Below, in pieces: positions 26,194-40,917 of a stretch of 64,000 bases of DNA. The notes beneath the pieces were generated by a model. It saw only the letters and a program-made list of their open reading frames with translations, made no database searches and was not told the origin of the DNA. The stretch spans positions 201,252,001-201,316,000 of the forward strand of contig OZ024741.1 of the NCBI GenBank assembly GCA_964016885.1, in the 5' to 3' direction. The stretch comes from Eledone cirrhosa (lineage: Eukaryota). A program made the position numbers and the translations under genes. Numbering within the stretch: the first letter of the stretch is position 1; every line of letters starts with the position of its first letter.

Positions 26194-26324
26194 TGTATGT
26201 GTGTGTGTGTATTCTTATATATATATATTTATGTATATATATTTATGTATATATATTTATGTATATATATTTATGTATATATATTTATGTATATATATTT
26301 ATGTATATATATTTATGTATATAT

Positions 26325-26420
26325 ATGAGCTGCTGGGAGAGGCTAAAAGAACTGAAACTCTACTCCTTGGAACGAAGACGGGAGAGATTCGCACTGATAT
26401 ACATATGGAAGATCCTAGAG
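26325..26420 (+). mobile_element. Short CR1-type fragment
   Basis: [27 protein letters not shown]. Confidence 0.75.
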
Positions 26421-26716
26421 TGACTTGTACCAGAATTTGGCATTGTGAGCAGGAGCAACCCCCGAACAGGACGCCACAAATGAAATAAAACAAGCTTAGC
26501 GTAAATCGGGGCACGGGGTGCCGAGATACGTGGTTTTACCGGCTACCTTCATTAATAGAGTTAGAGCGAAAGAGATAGTGTTTGTGAGAGAGTAGATTGA
26601 AAGAGAGAGACATAGAGAGAAAAAGAATGAGACAGAGAAGGAAAATGGAAGAGAGAGAGAGTCGTGTTGTTGAATGAAATTTTAACAAGTGACCAGTGTA
26701 TATAGGTCACAGACAC

Positions 26717-26760
<44 letters not shown>

Positions 26761-26762
<2 letters not shown>

Positions 26763-27122
26763 TCAGATGGTGGATGGATGCTACACGAGAATGCTGAGGA
26801 TGGCTCTGAACATTAATCAGTATACACTGAGGATGAAAAACTCAGAGCTGTATGGGAGCCTCCCAAAAGTCAGCTCAAAAGTGACACAGAAGAGACAGGT
26901 TAGCTGGACATGCTCACCGACATCCAGAGTTGACATTGCACTCGGTGCTCCTGTGGGAGCCCCTACAGGGACACACTGGAAGAGGAAGACCAAGGTTAAC
27001 GTATGTTGATGCCCTAAGGTCAGACACTGGTCTGTTAGAGACGCAGGACATGGCAGCGATAATGAGGGACAGAGACCGCTGGAGAGAACTCGTCCATGGA
27101 TCTCGGGAATTTTACCCGCCCT

Positions 27123-27123
<1 letters not shown>
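26761..27123 (+). mobile_element. RTE-clade LINE 3' fragment, sister of 13472-13780
   Basis: Same peptide with one frameshift, ending MRDRDRWRELV; (TA)n on both sides. Confidence 0.87.
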
Positions 27124-27201
<78 letters not shown>

Positions 27202-27211
27202 ATATATATAT

Positions 27212-27275
27212 AAAAGATTTTGGAAGACCCATATATATATATATATATATATATATGGGTCTTCCAAAATCTTTT
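27212..27275. repeat. Palindrome centred on (AT)n
   Basis: AAAAGATTTTGGAAGACCC-(AT)n-GGGTCTTCCAAAATCTTTT. Confidence 0.9.
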
Positions 27276-27330
27276 TACATTATATACATGTCTGTGTATT
27301 TCAATTATTTAAAAAATACTTTTAAGGGAA

Positions 27331-27360
27331 CGTGACCCAACGGGTCACGGGTGGTCTCGT
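27331..27360 (+). mobile_element. Helitron-like 3' terminus
   Basis: Hairpin CGTGACCC-AAC-GGGTCACG then CTCGT (near CTAGT). Confidence 0.45.
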
Positions 27361-29989
27361 ATATATATAAATGTATATAAATGTATAAATATATATGTGT
27401 ATATATGTGTGTGTACATATATATGTGTATATATATGTGTATGTACACAAATGGAAGTTCAGTAAAATCGAAGCTCAGGCTGTGGCCAAGCTAACGAGGT
27501 ATGTTTTTTATTATTATTTGTTGTTAAAGGACTAATGATGAAATAAAAATGCATGTTTAAAAAATGAGGCGCCGAGTCTGTGTGGCACTGAGCTATAAGC
27601 TTGTTCAGCTTTTAGCTAAGTCCTGCACTGTCTTCAAGTCGATCTCTTGAAGATTGGAATACTGTCTTCCTTCTCTTTTAATGGCCACTGCTGGTTCAAT
27701 CCGGATTCCTGCGCAGTTAATATCTTCGTATTTGGTTGTAACTGCAAAAGAAGTCATTTAGAAACTGAAGTTGAAATGGTTCAAACCTGGTATTCATATT
27801 TCTCATATATTTGTTGCAATCTTGCCTCGGCAAAATTTTACATTGAAGAGTAAGAGAACTGGCTTAATGTGGAGACGTGAGGTGAACCTAGGTTTCAGGA
27901 TTTAAACTGAATGAACGTTTCACACAACTTGAAGATACGGGTGAACAAGGTTTCAAGTTTGAATTTATACTTTACTTTATTTCATATATTTATAATTCTA
28001 TTTACTTCATACACATTTCTCGTTGCTGGTTATCATCATGGCAGATAAAGTAATCTCCATTATCATTATCACGATCATCATCACCAGCAGCATCATTAAT
28101 ATTGTTGCTACCGCTCTTGTAGTGTAGATGGCGGCGGTTGCTTTTGTTGTATATCAAAAGTTACTTGTTTATCTTTCCTCATGCCAAATTAAGCAAATGT
28201 TTCATATTAATGACCATTCAAATAGAAGTCACTTGACTGACTTTTCGCTAGTTTCAACACAGCTTTATATGATCTTACTCGTGTTTATACATGTAATATT
28301 CTCTAGCTGTACACCCAAATATTTCTTTTATTTTACTATTGTATAAATAAAGAGCAAAGATTCAAACAAACGAAAATAACACATATACAAACAACACATT
28401 AATATTTTTGTCAATGCTTAACCATATGTGACTTTCGTAATAATATTATTGGTGGCCACCTGTAGCTTTGAGTGATGCTTCAAGTATTCTTTGACATTAA
28501 TTCAATAGGATTTAAGCAATAAGCTTCATTAATTCTTGTAACCTATGCATGCTTGGTGGCATTCTCCACATGTTTCACAATTGATGGCTTTATATTCATT
28601 TCCAAGTCATTCAGTGTTTTGTTGCGTTTAAGTTTCCAATAGGGCAGTCATTTAAACAGAATTAATATAAATCGTCCTAAAAAGTATCTTCCCTTTAAGA
28701 CAAAGGGTGTTGTCACGTTGAGCAATATTACAATTCTAGTTAGCCATACTATTCTGGAAGCTTGCCTCAAGAAATATTCATGTATTTTGAAAAATCTAAT
28801 ATTAGTACTGGGCACAAAGTACAATTTCGTCACCCATTATTCCTGTTTTGTGTTTTACGTTTGTTAGAAAATAACATATATATAATAGATAGTAATATAC
28901 TCATAAATCCCGATGGGAATAACACATTTTAGGTGTCATCTCTTTCTATAATATGTGAAGCACCATAGTTAACTTGATTAGTATTTATCACGAGTTTTTG
29001 TGACATTCAGAGGATAACAAATAAATTCCCCGCTGGGAGAGTTGCTAGCCTATTGCCTGCAACTTTTTCCTACCGAGATATTGTCTTCTACATTACAAGC
29101 CAACGAATAATTCGTCAACTTCACAGTTGCGATCTATATATACTAGATTAGGATATAAGTAAAACTATGCAGCCGGAGCCATTTTTACTAAGCATTTAGT
29201 CGCCAACAACATGCAGTATTAGTAACAGAATACCAAAAACCGATCTTTTGGTTGGTTTTTGTTGTTGTTTAGTCAAAGACAGTCATCATCAAGCAGACAT
29301 ATTATCAAAGTCAATTCGTCTATTTTTTTTCCAGACACGGTGTATCTAAAACTATATTTTCCAATGTGTACTTTTTTAAATTGTGGTAGAGGATGGTTTG
29401 AGAGAGATTTAGGTTCCCTCGCTTGGTTGTCCTGTAGTGTATTTACTCGATCACTTAGACACGCTGTTTTCATTGTTATGGACTGTCCGATTGGGTATGT
29501 GAATAAAAAATACAATATGGAATTCTTTCACAATTTAACAGCCATCTATTGTGACGTGAGTTTTTAAAATGCACAGTCTAAGTAAACGATATTGGTAGCC
29601 ACAGACATTAATTCTCCACATTTTCATTTATATATTTGCAAATTTACTGAAAACTTACTGTTTGTGAATATTTGCAGAAGTTTTAGTTTATAAAATAGGA
29701 AAATGAAAACTATCAAAGTTTATTTCAGTTACCTAATATAAATATATCTTAGAAGATTTTTTTTTTTATTTCGAGCCTTCTACCTCTTATATCTCAAAAA
29801 CAGCAACAACAATTAACAAAATAATGCCAAAACAAAATAACTCTACTTAATTAAGAATCAAGATATAAAGTACTTTTCCTGTATTTTATCTTTACCTTGC
29901 TCCGTGTCGAGATACACGTTTTCTATTAATTCATTTCGGCCTCTTTCTCAACTTAATCTTTCCTTTCTATTACTCTATCATGAAATGGG

Positions 29990-30432
29990 AGTCGATTGAC
30001 AGTATCGTTATAGCATTGGAAAGATGCTTTGGGACATTTAGTTACGGCTCTTTACGTTCTGAGTTCAAATTCCGCTGAAGTCAGCTTTGTCTTTCTTCTT
30101 CCGGAGTTGATAAAATAAAGTACCAGTCAAGTTCTGGGGTCGATTTAAGAAAGATTGCTGTCCTTGTGCCTAAATTAGAAACTATTATTCTATCACAAAG
30201 AACTAAACTTTGGCGGATTAACAAGATCGATTTGTAACACTGGTACAGAGTCACACATTTGAGGGGAAGGACCAGTGGATATATAGACTACAGTACTTAA
30301 CTGGTACTTTATTTTATTGATATCAGAAAAGCAAAGTTGATTTTGACTTAATTTTAACTCAAAACGTAATGAGGTATAACTAAAAATCATAAGACATTCT
30401 GTCCGGCGCTATAACAATTCTGCCAAACACTA
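29990..30432. mobile_element. Two diverged SINE family 1 copies, tail to tail (~29990-30189 +, ~30255-30432 -)
   Basis: B box and GATAAAATAAAGTACCAGT core on each strand. Confidence 0.7.
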
Positions 30433-31522
30433 CCCTGACAGATTAAAGAATATTTTTGTCATTAAAGGTAAAATTGATATCAAAAGAAGCATGATTTGTT
30501 TTTTGTTCCAAAAAATTAACTTCCTCTAACTGTTATGTAGTTGCTGTTTAGCCCCAGTTCCCGCTTAATCACACAGACCAATGAATAAAGTGTTCCATCC
30601 CTGACCATCCCGTCTTTTTCCTATATAAAGGGCAACATTTCCAATGCTTATATCATTCTTTATTTCAGACACTAGGATGTGATTTTAGAGATATTTTGCT
30701 ATTATTTTTAGCACTGTGTGTGGATGTTGAACATCTTTCATATCATTTCTACTGGTAGACAATAGCTATAATCATGAATCTGTAAAAGAATATTTGAAAT
30801 GTAGTCCTAAATGTACAAAAAATTATATATCGTCAATACTGAAAATGTTGATAAAGAATGAAATGGTAAAGTGTAACAATTGACAATGAGTCGAGTCTCC
30901 GAGAGTACCAAATAGTACTAAACGTATTTTTTACTGTAAATAATAATGTTTTAAGGTTTAGAAATAAAACGCTGAAGTAACTGAAAGTCCTGTGTGGCAT
31001 AATCTTTATTTTTTAAACCAACATGTGAATTTATATAGATGGGATATTTCAATGTTTTTCATGTAAAATAGGTACCAGTTTGTTCGGACAAAGTAATCTA
31101 CAAAGGAGTAAGATCCTAAATACTGCGATGATTTGTTTATCATTAGGTATAATCGTAGATGTTCACCAGAGATAATTCAATACTCTTAAGTGGACAAGAC
31201 AAAACACATAAATCCCGACCAAACGAACACAACAAAAAGATTAACAGAGGAGCTTTACATAAACGATTTCTGTTGAAAACATTTGAGAGAGAGGGTGGGG
31301 AGATAGACAGTCAGGCAGAATCTATGTGGTAACTTTATCTGATACTTTGAGGCATTAATTAAACTGGTGAGACTTCAAATCTTTAAATGAAATATTCAGT
31401 TATTACACTGTACTAACAACACTTGAGATTTTTGCCAGGTGTAATTAAGACAATTTTTATTTATTACAAAGACATGGAGCTTAGTATATTTGGGAAACGG
31501 AATATAGGAAAATACATATATA

Positions 31523-32459
31523 CTAGCAGCAGAACCCGGCGTAGCACGGGGTAGGAAACATGAAATAGCAACACGCATATGCAAAGATTAAGGAATGTAG
31601 CTGTGTACTTTTTTAATTCCCTTATTCTCAGGGAATGATTGAGGAGCGACGTAGTCAATTGTGTGAAAACCAAGTAGGGATGTACGTTTAAGTAGGGATA
31701 TTGAGATGACGAAATCAGCGTGGCAATGCAGCTGCAGCAGAAGGGGGTCATAGTGCAATTAACACAACAGCTGGGCGGCACTGGTTGCACTGCGTTTACA
31801 CAGCAACAAAGGTGCGACAAAAGGGGTCACCGCGGAATTAGCACAACCGCTGTTCGCCGTACTTGCGCAGGGCGTTCATACTGCGGTGTAGGTGCAACAA
31901 AAGGGGTCTTAGTAGAAGTAGCACAGGCGTGAGTTTTAAGGTGTCAATAACACGGCAACGTACACAGGGCCCGGATTTGCGCGTGATGAAAGCACGAAAC
32001 GTCAACAGGGCGCCGACAAAAGTTTTAAGTTCCTCCTCATTTCCTCAATCCCTTGAAAATGTTCCTGCTTAAAAGTAAGTAAGTGTTGTGTCCTCTGTTA
32101 AATAAACCAAATTTTTAACGAAATATTATACGCTACTTACGATGTTTAAGTAGCGTTTATATTGAAAATGAAAATGGCATGTAATGTCCAATGCTAATCC
32201 GTAAATTTACTAGAAACCATTAATGCGGGAGGACTAACTAATGTGTGTTGCAAATTTCGAGGAAATCGGTTAGATTATCTTAGAGTTACGCCTCAAAAAA
32301 GCCTAAAAATGCCTTTAAAATACGGTTTTTCGGGCAGAAAAAAATAATAAATTTTTTAGCCATTGCACTTCAAGAAATATAATTAACGCATGTGTAAAGT
32401 TTTAAAAAAATCGGTCGGGTACTTCTCGAGTTTTAGGGATTTACACAGACAGACAGACA

Positions 32460-32475
<16 letters not shown>
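31523..32475 (-). mobile_element. Non-autonomous Helitron
   Basis: 5' TATATAAAACTGTCTGTCTGTC..CGACCGATTTT..AAACTTT; 3' hairpin CCCGTGCTACGCCGGG followed by CTAG|T. Confidence 0.8.
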
Positions 32476-32518
<43 letters not shown>

Positions 32519-33018
32519 AGTGTAATTTTCTACACAAAACGAAGGTTATAGAGAAAATTGAGGTTGGTAATGGCACATGGAATATATAAGAGACAGAATA
32601 CTTTTTTGTGAAAAAACATATTAAGGTAAGGAAATAATAAAGGGTATAAAAAATGACCGGTTTCGATGGGTCTGCAAAAGCCATCTTTTCAAATGTTGAT
32701 TAATATTAAGAAAAATTAATAATACGAAGAGTTAAAATTTGAGATTTGAAAATTCAAGTATAAAATTCATTGTGGGATTTCATAGTAGTTTTCATCTAGG
32801 TAGCAACAACAAGTTGACTGCTGTGTCCCTTTCTGGTAGTGAATGAGAAGTTATTTGGGGTGTGGGTTATTTTATAAAGGTCAGATTTAGCAATGGCCAA
32901 CTGGCAAAGTTATATATATATATATATATTAAAATAACAGATTAAAGTTTAAGCAAAGAATCGTTGCTCTTCGGATTTTAGTCTTCACATTTATTATTAT
33001 TAGTATATATAATATACC

Positions 33019-33090
<72 letters not shown>

Positions 33091-33201
33091 TTGCCAGAAA
33101 AATATAAAATATACAGACGCGAAAACCAATCCAAACCAAACAGTGAGTGTTTTTTATTATTATTTCTGGCAATATTATAACAATATGACCCTCCCCAAAT
33201 A

Positions 33202-33363
<162 letters not shown>

Positions 33364-33364
33364 C

Positions 33365-33575
33365 GTTTTTGCATTTGTTTTGCAAGATTTCTTATCTGAA
33401 AACGTGTGTTGAAACAGATATCGTTATACGTTGGGAGGGTCATGCTGCCAATAAACACTTTAAAGTTGTGCCTGTTGAATAGTTTCCTATAAGGGTAGCT
33501 AGATGGAAAGTGTTTATCTACTAGAGCTAGGAATGTTCTGCCGATGCTTAAATACTTGGAATTCATTCCTATCTC
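33365..33575 (-). pseudogene. Penelope-like ORF fragment joined to a family B terminal-repeat piece
   Basis: SIGRTFLALVDKHFP...RKLFNRHNFKV resembles the PLE post-RT motif; 33380-33452 matches 62270-62345. Confidence 0.7.
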
Positions 33576-34491
33576 TATAAATGAACGCTTGATGACTCTG
33601 TGTCTGCACGTGAAAGATGCGCAATGTGATGACAGTGTGACACGTGCCTATGCTCTGACTGAAACCAGTTCTGATGAAGACAAAACTGATGCTGTGCCTT
33701 GCTGAGTAGCTGTACAATAGAACATTCTTAAGTCAAGCATGGTTATTTTCCTGGAGGACATCAATATCAGAATTGGGCGTTTCGTTGTTGGAAAGTAGAT
33801 AGCAATGGTCTCATGCACCAAGAACTTTGTGAAGAATAAGATCTTTATAATGCAGCACTCATTTCACATGTAAATGTGGTCATACAACATGGATACATGC
33901 GAGATCAAACGTTTGACACTTACTAGATTATGTAATCATTCGCACTAGTGATATCCATTAAGTCCGTTCATAGCTCAGATCATTTGGATGGACAAGCGTT
34001 TAGTGCAAGCAACGTTCTGGATGATAGTTAAGGTTAATGGAGGATGTCATTTAAGATAGATAAGTAAGCAGAGAGACAGACAGGTAGGTAGGTAAGTGTG
34101 TGCGTGTACGCACGTGCGCGTGTGTGTGTGTGTGTAGTGCAAGGCTAGCTAAATCATTTGAGTTCAGAAAGTTAAGTTGGAATATTAACACAATACAAGG
34201 AATTTAGTCTGGTATTCTGCTCCTCCACCATTTTTGGATTTATTAATATTGCTATGAATAAGTATTGGACACCAGAATGAGGCTGCGAAAGCAGGGTTGT
34301 GTGAATAATTGGTAACAGCATCTGAGAAAAACGAAAGCAAAAGCTGCTATTGAATATGAGGTGTACAACTTAAGTTACTGTTGAAACAGAAGGAGAGGAA
34401 GTCAGCTCGTTGATCTGTACTGAATGACATAGATACACAATAGGAAAGTTGTCGCCACCTTTTTGTGTTTGAGCATATTTATGTGTGTGTT

Positions 34492-34821
34492 GGACCTTTG
34501 TCGATTGCGACGATGAGCATTACATTTGATTCGATCAATGGAACAGCTTGCTCGTGAAACTAATGTGTCAGTGGTTGAGCATTCTATTGGCATGTGTACC
34601 CTTAACATATTTCTCAGGGAGATTCCGCATGAGACAATGTGTGCCGAAGTTGGCCCCTTCAATTACTTCAATGTACGACTCATTTTTCCAGTTGAGTGAA
34701 CTGGAGTAACGTAAAATAGTGTCTTGCTCAAGGATACGAGGCGCTACCCGGTCCGGGAATCAAACTCACGACCTAACGATCGGGAACCCAGCATCCTAAC
34801 CACTACTCCACGTGCCTTCAC
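34492..34821 (-). mobile_element. tRNA-derived CORE-like SINE, family 2
   Basis: GTGGAGTAGTGGTTAG (A box), GAGTTTGATTCCC (B box), TCCTTGAGCAAGACAC core. Confidence 0.75.
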
Positions 34822-34963
34822 TGTTTGTATGTATATATTTATAAATGTGTGCATGCATACATGTATGTACGTATGTATGTTGTGATTTAATCCCAGGTTA
34901 TCCCTGGGCCAGGATACCTATAACAACCCCGTCTTTCTAAACAAGTACAGTCTATCCGAGACC

Positions 34964-35019
34964 ACATGAACAGCATGTAACTAAATCACGTGAGTGATTT
35001 AGTTGCATGCTGTTCATGT
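34964..35019. repeat. Hairpin with 26-bp arms
   Basis: ACATGAACAGCATGTAACTAAATCAC-GTGA-GTGATTTAGTTGCATGCTGTTCATGT. Confidence 0.9.
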
Positions 35020-35704
35020 TGGTGGAATGGACGTGATAATGTTATTCTGATACGTTGGGTGATTGCCTTTTTGCTGTGGAAAGATAAATGATTGACTTAA
35101 TCTCATTGCTCGATATTTTGTGTCCTTTTTTATGGAGTGATTGCAGATTTGGCACGAGGTATCTTTGTTGCCTATGGATGACACTTGGATGCGGAAGGGT
35201 GGGGAGAAATGAAAGTAGTTGCATCTGCGTAGGAGTTGGCTTATTTAAGGCATCAGATAAATGTATGAGGAGTAAAAATGACCCTTGTGTTCTAACAGAA
35301 AGTCAATGATCCAAAGAGACAAATTGAATGAAGTCTATAGGTGGACAGTGGAGCTAAATACTAAGAGATATAGGGGGATAGGTTTCCAGTATATTTGGAT
35401 TCATGAAAGCCATATTTGTTGTCATTAAAGGGATAGCGAGTTTCAAGGTGCTAGAGAAGGTTAATGTTGATGGTTTACCCAGACATCTTTGGGATATTGG
35501 GAGTGAGTGCAATAGGACTGATTGTGTCTGTCGGTGTTTATGTCCCATAACTTAGTGGTTCTACAAAATACATTATGTTCCAGACTGGAAAAATTAAATT
35601 CTGGGATCGATATGATTGACTAAATCAAGGCTGTTACCCAGCATAGTCGCAGTCTAATGACTGAAACCAGTAAACAAATAAAAGGACTATAAAAAAAAGT
35701 AGCA

Positions 35705-35880
35705 TAGAGAGCTGGAGAATTAGCAAAGTCATTAGAACGTTGATTGGGATGCTTTGCTGTATTCGTTCTGACTCTCTGCGCTCTTCGAGTTCAAATCCCA
35801 CCAAAGTCAACTTTGCCATTCATAATTTTGAGATAGATAAAAAAAAGAAACATACTAGTCCAGTACTGGGGTCGATTTTT
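35705..35880 (+). mobile_element. SINE family 1, diverged
   Basis: GAGTTCAAATCCCACCAAAGTCAACTTTGCC..GATAAAAA..CAGTACTGGGGTCGAT. Confidence 0.65.
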
Positions 35881-37405
35881 TTAATATATATATTTCTTTT
35901 TATCTTCTTCTCATTCTGTCAATCCTTCTCTGGAAGAAATTGACTGTGTTCAGACACGGAGAGGGAATGGGTTCTAACAGGTTTATAATGACCATGATAT
36001 GCCATATGTCACGACGGCGCCATTACGACTCCATCAGGTGTTACGCGTCCTACGGGTTTACATGATAGCATAATATTCCTTTGCTATTTCAAGGCTATAT
36101 TAGACATTTCTCTTATTTCTAAACTCATCCAAGCCACAAATGATTTTGGAATCTGAGATCATCATTCTGTGAGAGCAAAACGAATCATGGAAGAATAAAA
36201 ATTGTGCTAGCACGATTCAGAGAAAATTTCTTACGGGTACCACTACCCGAATACCTGTTCAGGGAATAATATTATTGATAAAAGATTATCAAACATAATA
36301 GTAGTTAGTAGAACTGGAATATATGCGTGCGTGTAAGATTACGTCTGAAAATGTGGGCGACCCAGAAACTGATATGTATATCTTAAATGTTAAACTAAAA
36401 TATATTTCCAAATAATTATAAACAGATAGTTTTTTTCCACAACAAAATCTTTAAGCAGTTTCCGTACTACTCGTGTGGCTTTGATTATTAGCCATGTTGA
36501 TTTTGCACTATTTTCATTTAGGATATTATTCAACATCCACCTCCAGTTACTTTTCTTTTTTTCTATTGGTCGGATATTGTTATTTTAATGGTATACCGCC
36601 ATAATTATTGTTGAAAAATAATATAAATCTCTGTAATTGTCGGAAATATGAAAATCTAATTTCAGATCATAAAGCCGAATATTGGCTATCTCGTAAATCT
36701 TATATAAATATTTATATTGTAAGAGAATAAGTATTAGTATATGATATATTTATTTCTGAATGTCTATCATTCATACTTTATTTTTGGGATATTTCATGAA
36801 AAAGCTGTAAATCTCTGTAGTGTGTGACTTTTTTTATGAAATACGGCTAAGGTGAAATGCATGCAATAACAAAAATTCTGCTGCTATTCAAGAAAGAGCA
36901 GAAAATACAAACATATTGAAAACCGAGGCCGTCAATTGCTAAGTGGATCAAGAGTTCAGGTTTCGCATCTGGAGAGAAATTAAGTGACACGCCTAATTTT
37001 GCCTTTATCGTTACATGTTGTTCTTACTATAGACGTTGTTAGCTTTGTAAAAGATCGAGTTTAATGTCCAATGTAATTATCTAATAAGATTGTTTATATT
37101 ATTGCCTTTACTACCACTTGATGACCCCCTTCAGTCATCTTGAATAAGGACAGCACACACTACTGTATGTACTGTTCGTTTGCAAGGGTGATAGACAAAA
37201 AAAGCCACTTTGTGACGCCGATAAACAAGTAATACACACAGTGCTAGCAATAGACAAGAAACCTACACTAAATATGTATTATTTCTAAAAAGAAAAAAAA
37301 TTCATATACATCATGATTTTAGTGTCTAATATTTCAAAATTTACCCGTGTTACCGTAAGGGAGGGCAGAATTACGGGTGGTATGACTAAATCAATTCTCA
37401 TACCA

Positions 37406-38114
37406 TCTATAATATAATAAAGGGAGGAGTACGGGACAGCGTCCGTTTTATAATTTTTTATCCCGTTAGTAAAATAAGTTGGATTACTTTGAATAAATAA
37501 TTGTTTCTACTTTTGGCACAAGGCCAGCAATTACTTTATTTTATCGACCCCGTAAGGATGAAAGGCAAAGTCAACCTCGGCGGGATTTGAACTCAGAATG
37601 GCAAGGGCCGTAACTCTATGCGTAAAAATAATGAATGAATATTATGTAATTTATGTACTAAATTTCGTAGCTCTTCATTAAACATAAATATTCTTATATA
37701 TAAAGTATTGCATATTTTAAGATTCACTTCTTTAACATTTTCAAATGTCAATACTTCCGGTTAGCCTCCGTTATATCATAACACTTATCACATCGCTTAT
37801 GTAAACCTTCATATATTTTCATCGTTATATAAGGTTTATATTTCCGTCGCTAATTTTCTCATTTTTCGTTTTCATAACATTTTAGTTTATTATAAATGCA
37901 GTTTATATATAATATCATCTTTTTTTAATGTATCATGGATTACTTTACTGATTACAGAAGAGAGTGTAACACAGACTTCGTTCAATTTCTGTGCATATTG
38001 TCGATTACGATTTTATTTGACATATATCTACATGCATATATATTTGCGTGTAATATCAATATGCACACTACACATGCTAGCAGAAAACCACTCGAAGGGT
38101 GGTTTTTCTGCTAG
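37406..38114 (+). mobile_element. Non-autonomous Helitron with a nested SINE (37499-37624, -)
   Basis: A|TCTATAATATAATAAAG start; hairpin then CTAG|T end; second partial copy at 15033-15250. Confidence 0.75.
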
Positions 38115-39227
38115 TACTTTATAATTTACGTCAGTAATTCAGCAATAAAAATGGAACAGAATTTCTCCCCAAATGCGATTGCCCCATTGTATAGGTATAA
38201 AATATAGTTAGTTTAAAATATAATTAGCTCAAACTTGAATTTTATTTTTGTTTAACATGCGTTAATGTAAGTAGAATTAGTAATTCGAAAGTGTTATGTC
38301 TGTAATAATATTGCAAATGGTTTGTTTGCATTCTAGATTTAACATATTAAAGATATAACTTAAATAGAATTGTAGAAATAGGTACAGGCGATAGAACGGC
38401 ACCGGATATATGAGAAAGCTGATTAGCACACGAAAGCATGTTCAGTCTACACTGTGTGTCTTTCATTGTATATTGTTTCCTCCCAAGTTTTTTAAAGATG
38501 ATGTTAAACGGAAGAAAACATATAAGAAATAGTTGCAACTAGTGGTTTTTTTTTCTTTTCCTTTTTATAAAATGCCTATATACTTTTGTAGAATGGAGCT
38601 TAGTTTAAAATATTGTAGAAAATATTGGGAACGTTTAACAACTGTTTCCAATGAGCTGTGGGAATGTTGTCGTTTTCATAGAATCTGCTATTTTCTAACG
38701 ATGTAAGGAATTTAATGATTTTACATTGTATAGAAATATATAGTTAGAGATAATGAAAAATATATAATGCATGTGCGTGTGTGTCAGAGAGTGAGAGATG
38801 ACAAAATTTAGGATGTATGAAAAATATGCTTACAACAATGAAGCAACTAAGCATCTGTTGATTCAACTAATATTGGAATGGGAGGAGACGAATGTTTTGT
38901 AAACTTCAAATATACAAATTTCTTTGTTTTTGCCAAACTGACTGAATATTTTCGCTGTTTGTCAGTAATGAAATATGTAGGAGGGATACTTTGTTCAAAC
39001 TTTGAATCATAGGTTTTCCTGAGGATTTGCAGAAATACAAGCTGTTAGCTACTCTGAATAGAGTTCATTTAGTGCAAATAATTACAATGACGGTTTAGTT
39101 GCCATAGGTTTCCGGTGTAACATCAAAAAAGAGAAGGCTACATTATTGTCTAAGCAAGTTCAAAAACATTCTAGTTAAAACAAGAGATGTTTGGTTTAGT
39201 TAAAGCTAGAGGTGCAGTCTTTTCTTT

Positions 39228-39271
<44 letters not shown>

Positions 39272-39426
39272 GTGTGTGTGTGTGTGTGTGTGTGTTATTG
39301 ATGGGTGTGAGAAAAAGTACTCAATACTGTGGTAGAATTTAAATATTCATTTAATGGCTGAGTAGTGAGCCTTCTCTTACTCTGGAGTTTTAACTGCGCA
39401 CTCACAGGATCATCAGACAAGTCTTG

Positions 39427-39461
<35 letters not shown>

Positions 39462-39605
39462 ATATTAACAAATGGAAACTATATTTATAAAACCATATTT
39501 ATTTCGTTATACATATTTCAAGGACAATAATTTGCTGAGTGCTTTATATCAGTTATAAAAATATTTGCTTGTTGTATCCCAACAATTTAAATAGAACTTC
39601 TACAC

Positions 39606-39655
<50 letters not shown>

Positions 39656-39679
39656 GTATATTTATATATATATATATAT

Positions 39680-39795
39680 ATAGGAAAAGGTATGACCCCG
39701 ACGGCAGAGCTCAAGCCGTTTCGACGGCTATTTCAGGACTGAAATAACCGTTGAAACGGCTTGAGCTCTGCCGTCGGGGTCATACCTGTTCCTAT
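39680..39795. repeat. Palindrome (57-bp arms) of family C HHR 3' halves
   Basis: Each arm reads outward GAAATA(G/A)CCGT(C/T)-GAAAC-GGC..GCC-GTC-GGGGTC; 3 mismatches between arms. Confidence 0.92.
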
Positions 39796-39897
39796 CACCC
39801 ACTCTACTACCCTAAGTATTGAGTACTCTGGTGCGTTATGGTCCACCTGGTTCCTTACCACAATTCCCTCATTATATATATATATATATAGTAATAA

Positions 39898-39992
39898 TTA
39901 TTTCTACTTTTGGCACAAGGCCAGCAATTATATCAGTACATTACTGGTACTTTATTTTATCAACCCCGTAAGGATGAAAGGCAAAGTTAACC
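39898..39992 (-). mobile_element. SINE family 1, 3' part
   Basis: Core and 3' end match. Confidence 0.8.
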
Positions 39993-40113
39993 TTTATATA
40001 TATATAGTAATAATAATAAACTTGAAGACTAAGATCCAAAGAGGGCTCGATAAGGATAAATATATAAGAACCGTAGAGCAAATATTTATTAAAATAACAG
40101 ATTAAAGTTAATA

Positions 40114-40190
<77 letters not shown>

Positions 40191-40874
40191 ATATAAATGT
40201 ATATATAAATATATATATATATGTGTGTGTGTGTGTATATACGCACGGTGTTTGGATACTTTTTGTCTTGGCAATACTCCCTGGTGTATTATTGTATTAC
40301 TGCTCCTAATATTTTTTTTTAAATATTAAATTAATGGAGCTGGCTTCACGTTCTAACGTTGGCTATCTTTAGCACTCCTGTTGACATGGGCAGACAATAT
40401 GTTCATACGCGCACGCATGAGTATGCGCACAAACACGCATGTATATGTGTATGCACAGATACACACGTACCACTGTATACGCACTTGTGTATGTGTGTGT
40501 GCGTATATTTGCCAGGGATGTGTGGCTATTTGTGTGTAGTGTGTGGTTGCGTGTATTGGTGTATGTGTGTGTGTGTATATACGGATGGGGTGGATTTTCG
40601 TATCTAGTATTGTCTGAGATGGGTTTTCGTATTGAGGCTAGTAAGTCCAAAGTGTATAGTGAGCGTGTGTAGGGTGGAAGAGAAAGGGATTTGTGGGTGA
40701 GTGTCAGTCACAGGAGGTGTGCTGGTGTGTGTGTGCGTGAGGGATACAGTGGTGGAGCGTTCTAAGGGAGGACTAGGGGGTGCAGTGTGTGTCATGGTCA
40801 GCAGTCAAATTATATTTGTGTATGTATGTTGTGGTTAATGTCATCAAAACATAAAACTTGCTAATAAGAAATCA

Positions 40875-40917
40875 GTCATTGAGGAGGTCACAGTATTTGT
40901 GACGAAAGAGCTTTGAC
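40875..40917 (+). ncRNA. Degenerate family B HHR
   Basis: GTCA-TTGAGGA-G-GTCACA(GTATT)TGTGAC-GAAA-GAGC-TT-TGAC; downstream sequence to ~41090 matches family B. Confidence 0.65.

Noticed and set aside
28400-28850. Cys-containing peptides on the minus strand (NCETCGECHQAC) suggesting an EGF-like exon
   Set aside because: Short, interrupted by stops, with no consistent Cys spacing or splice sites.
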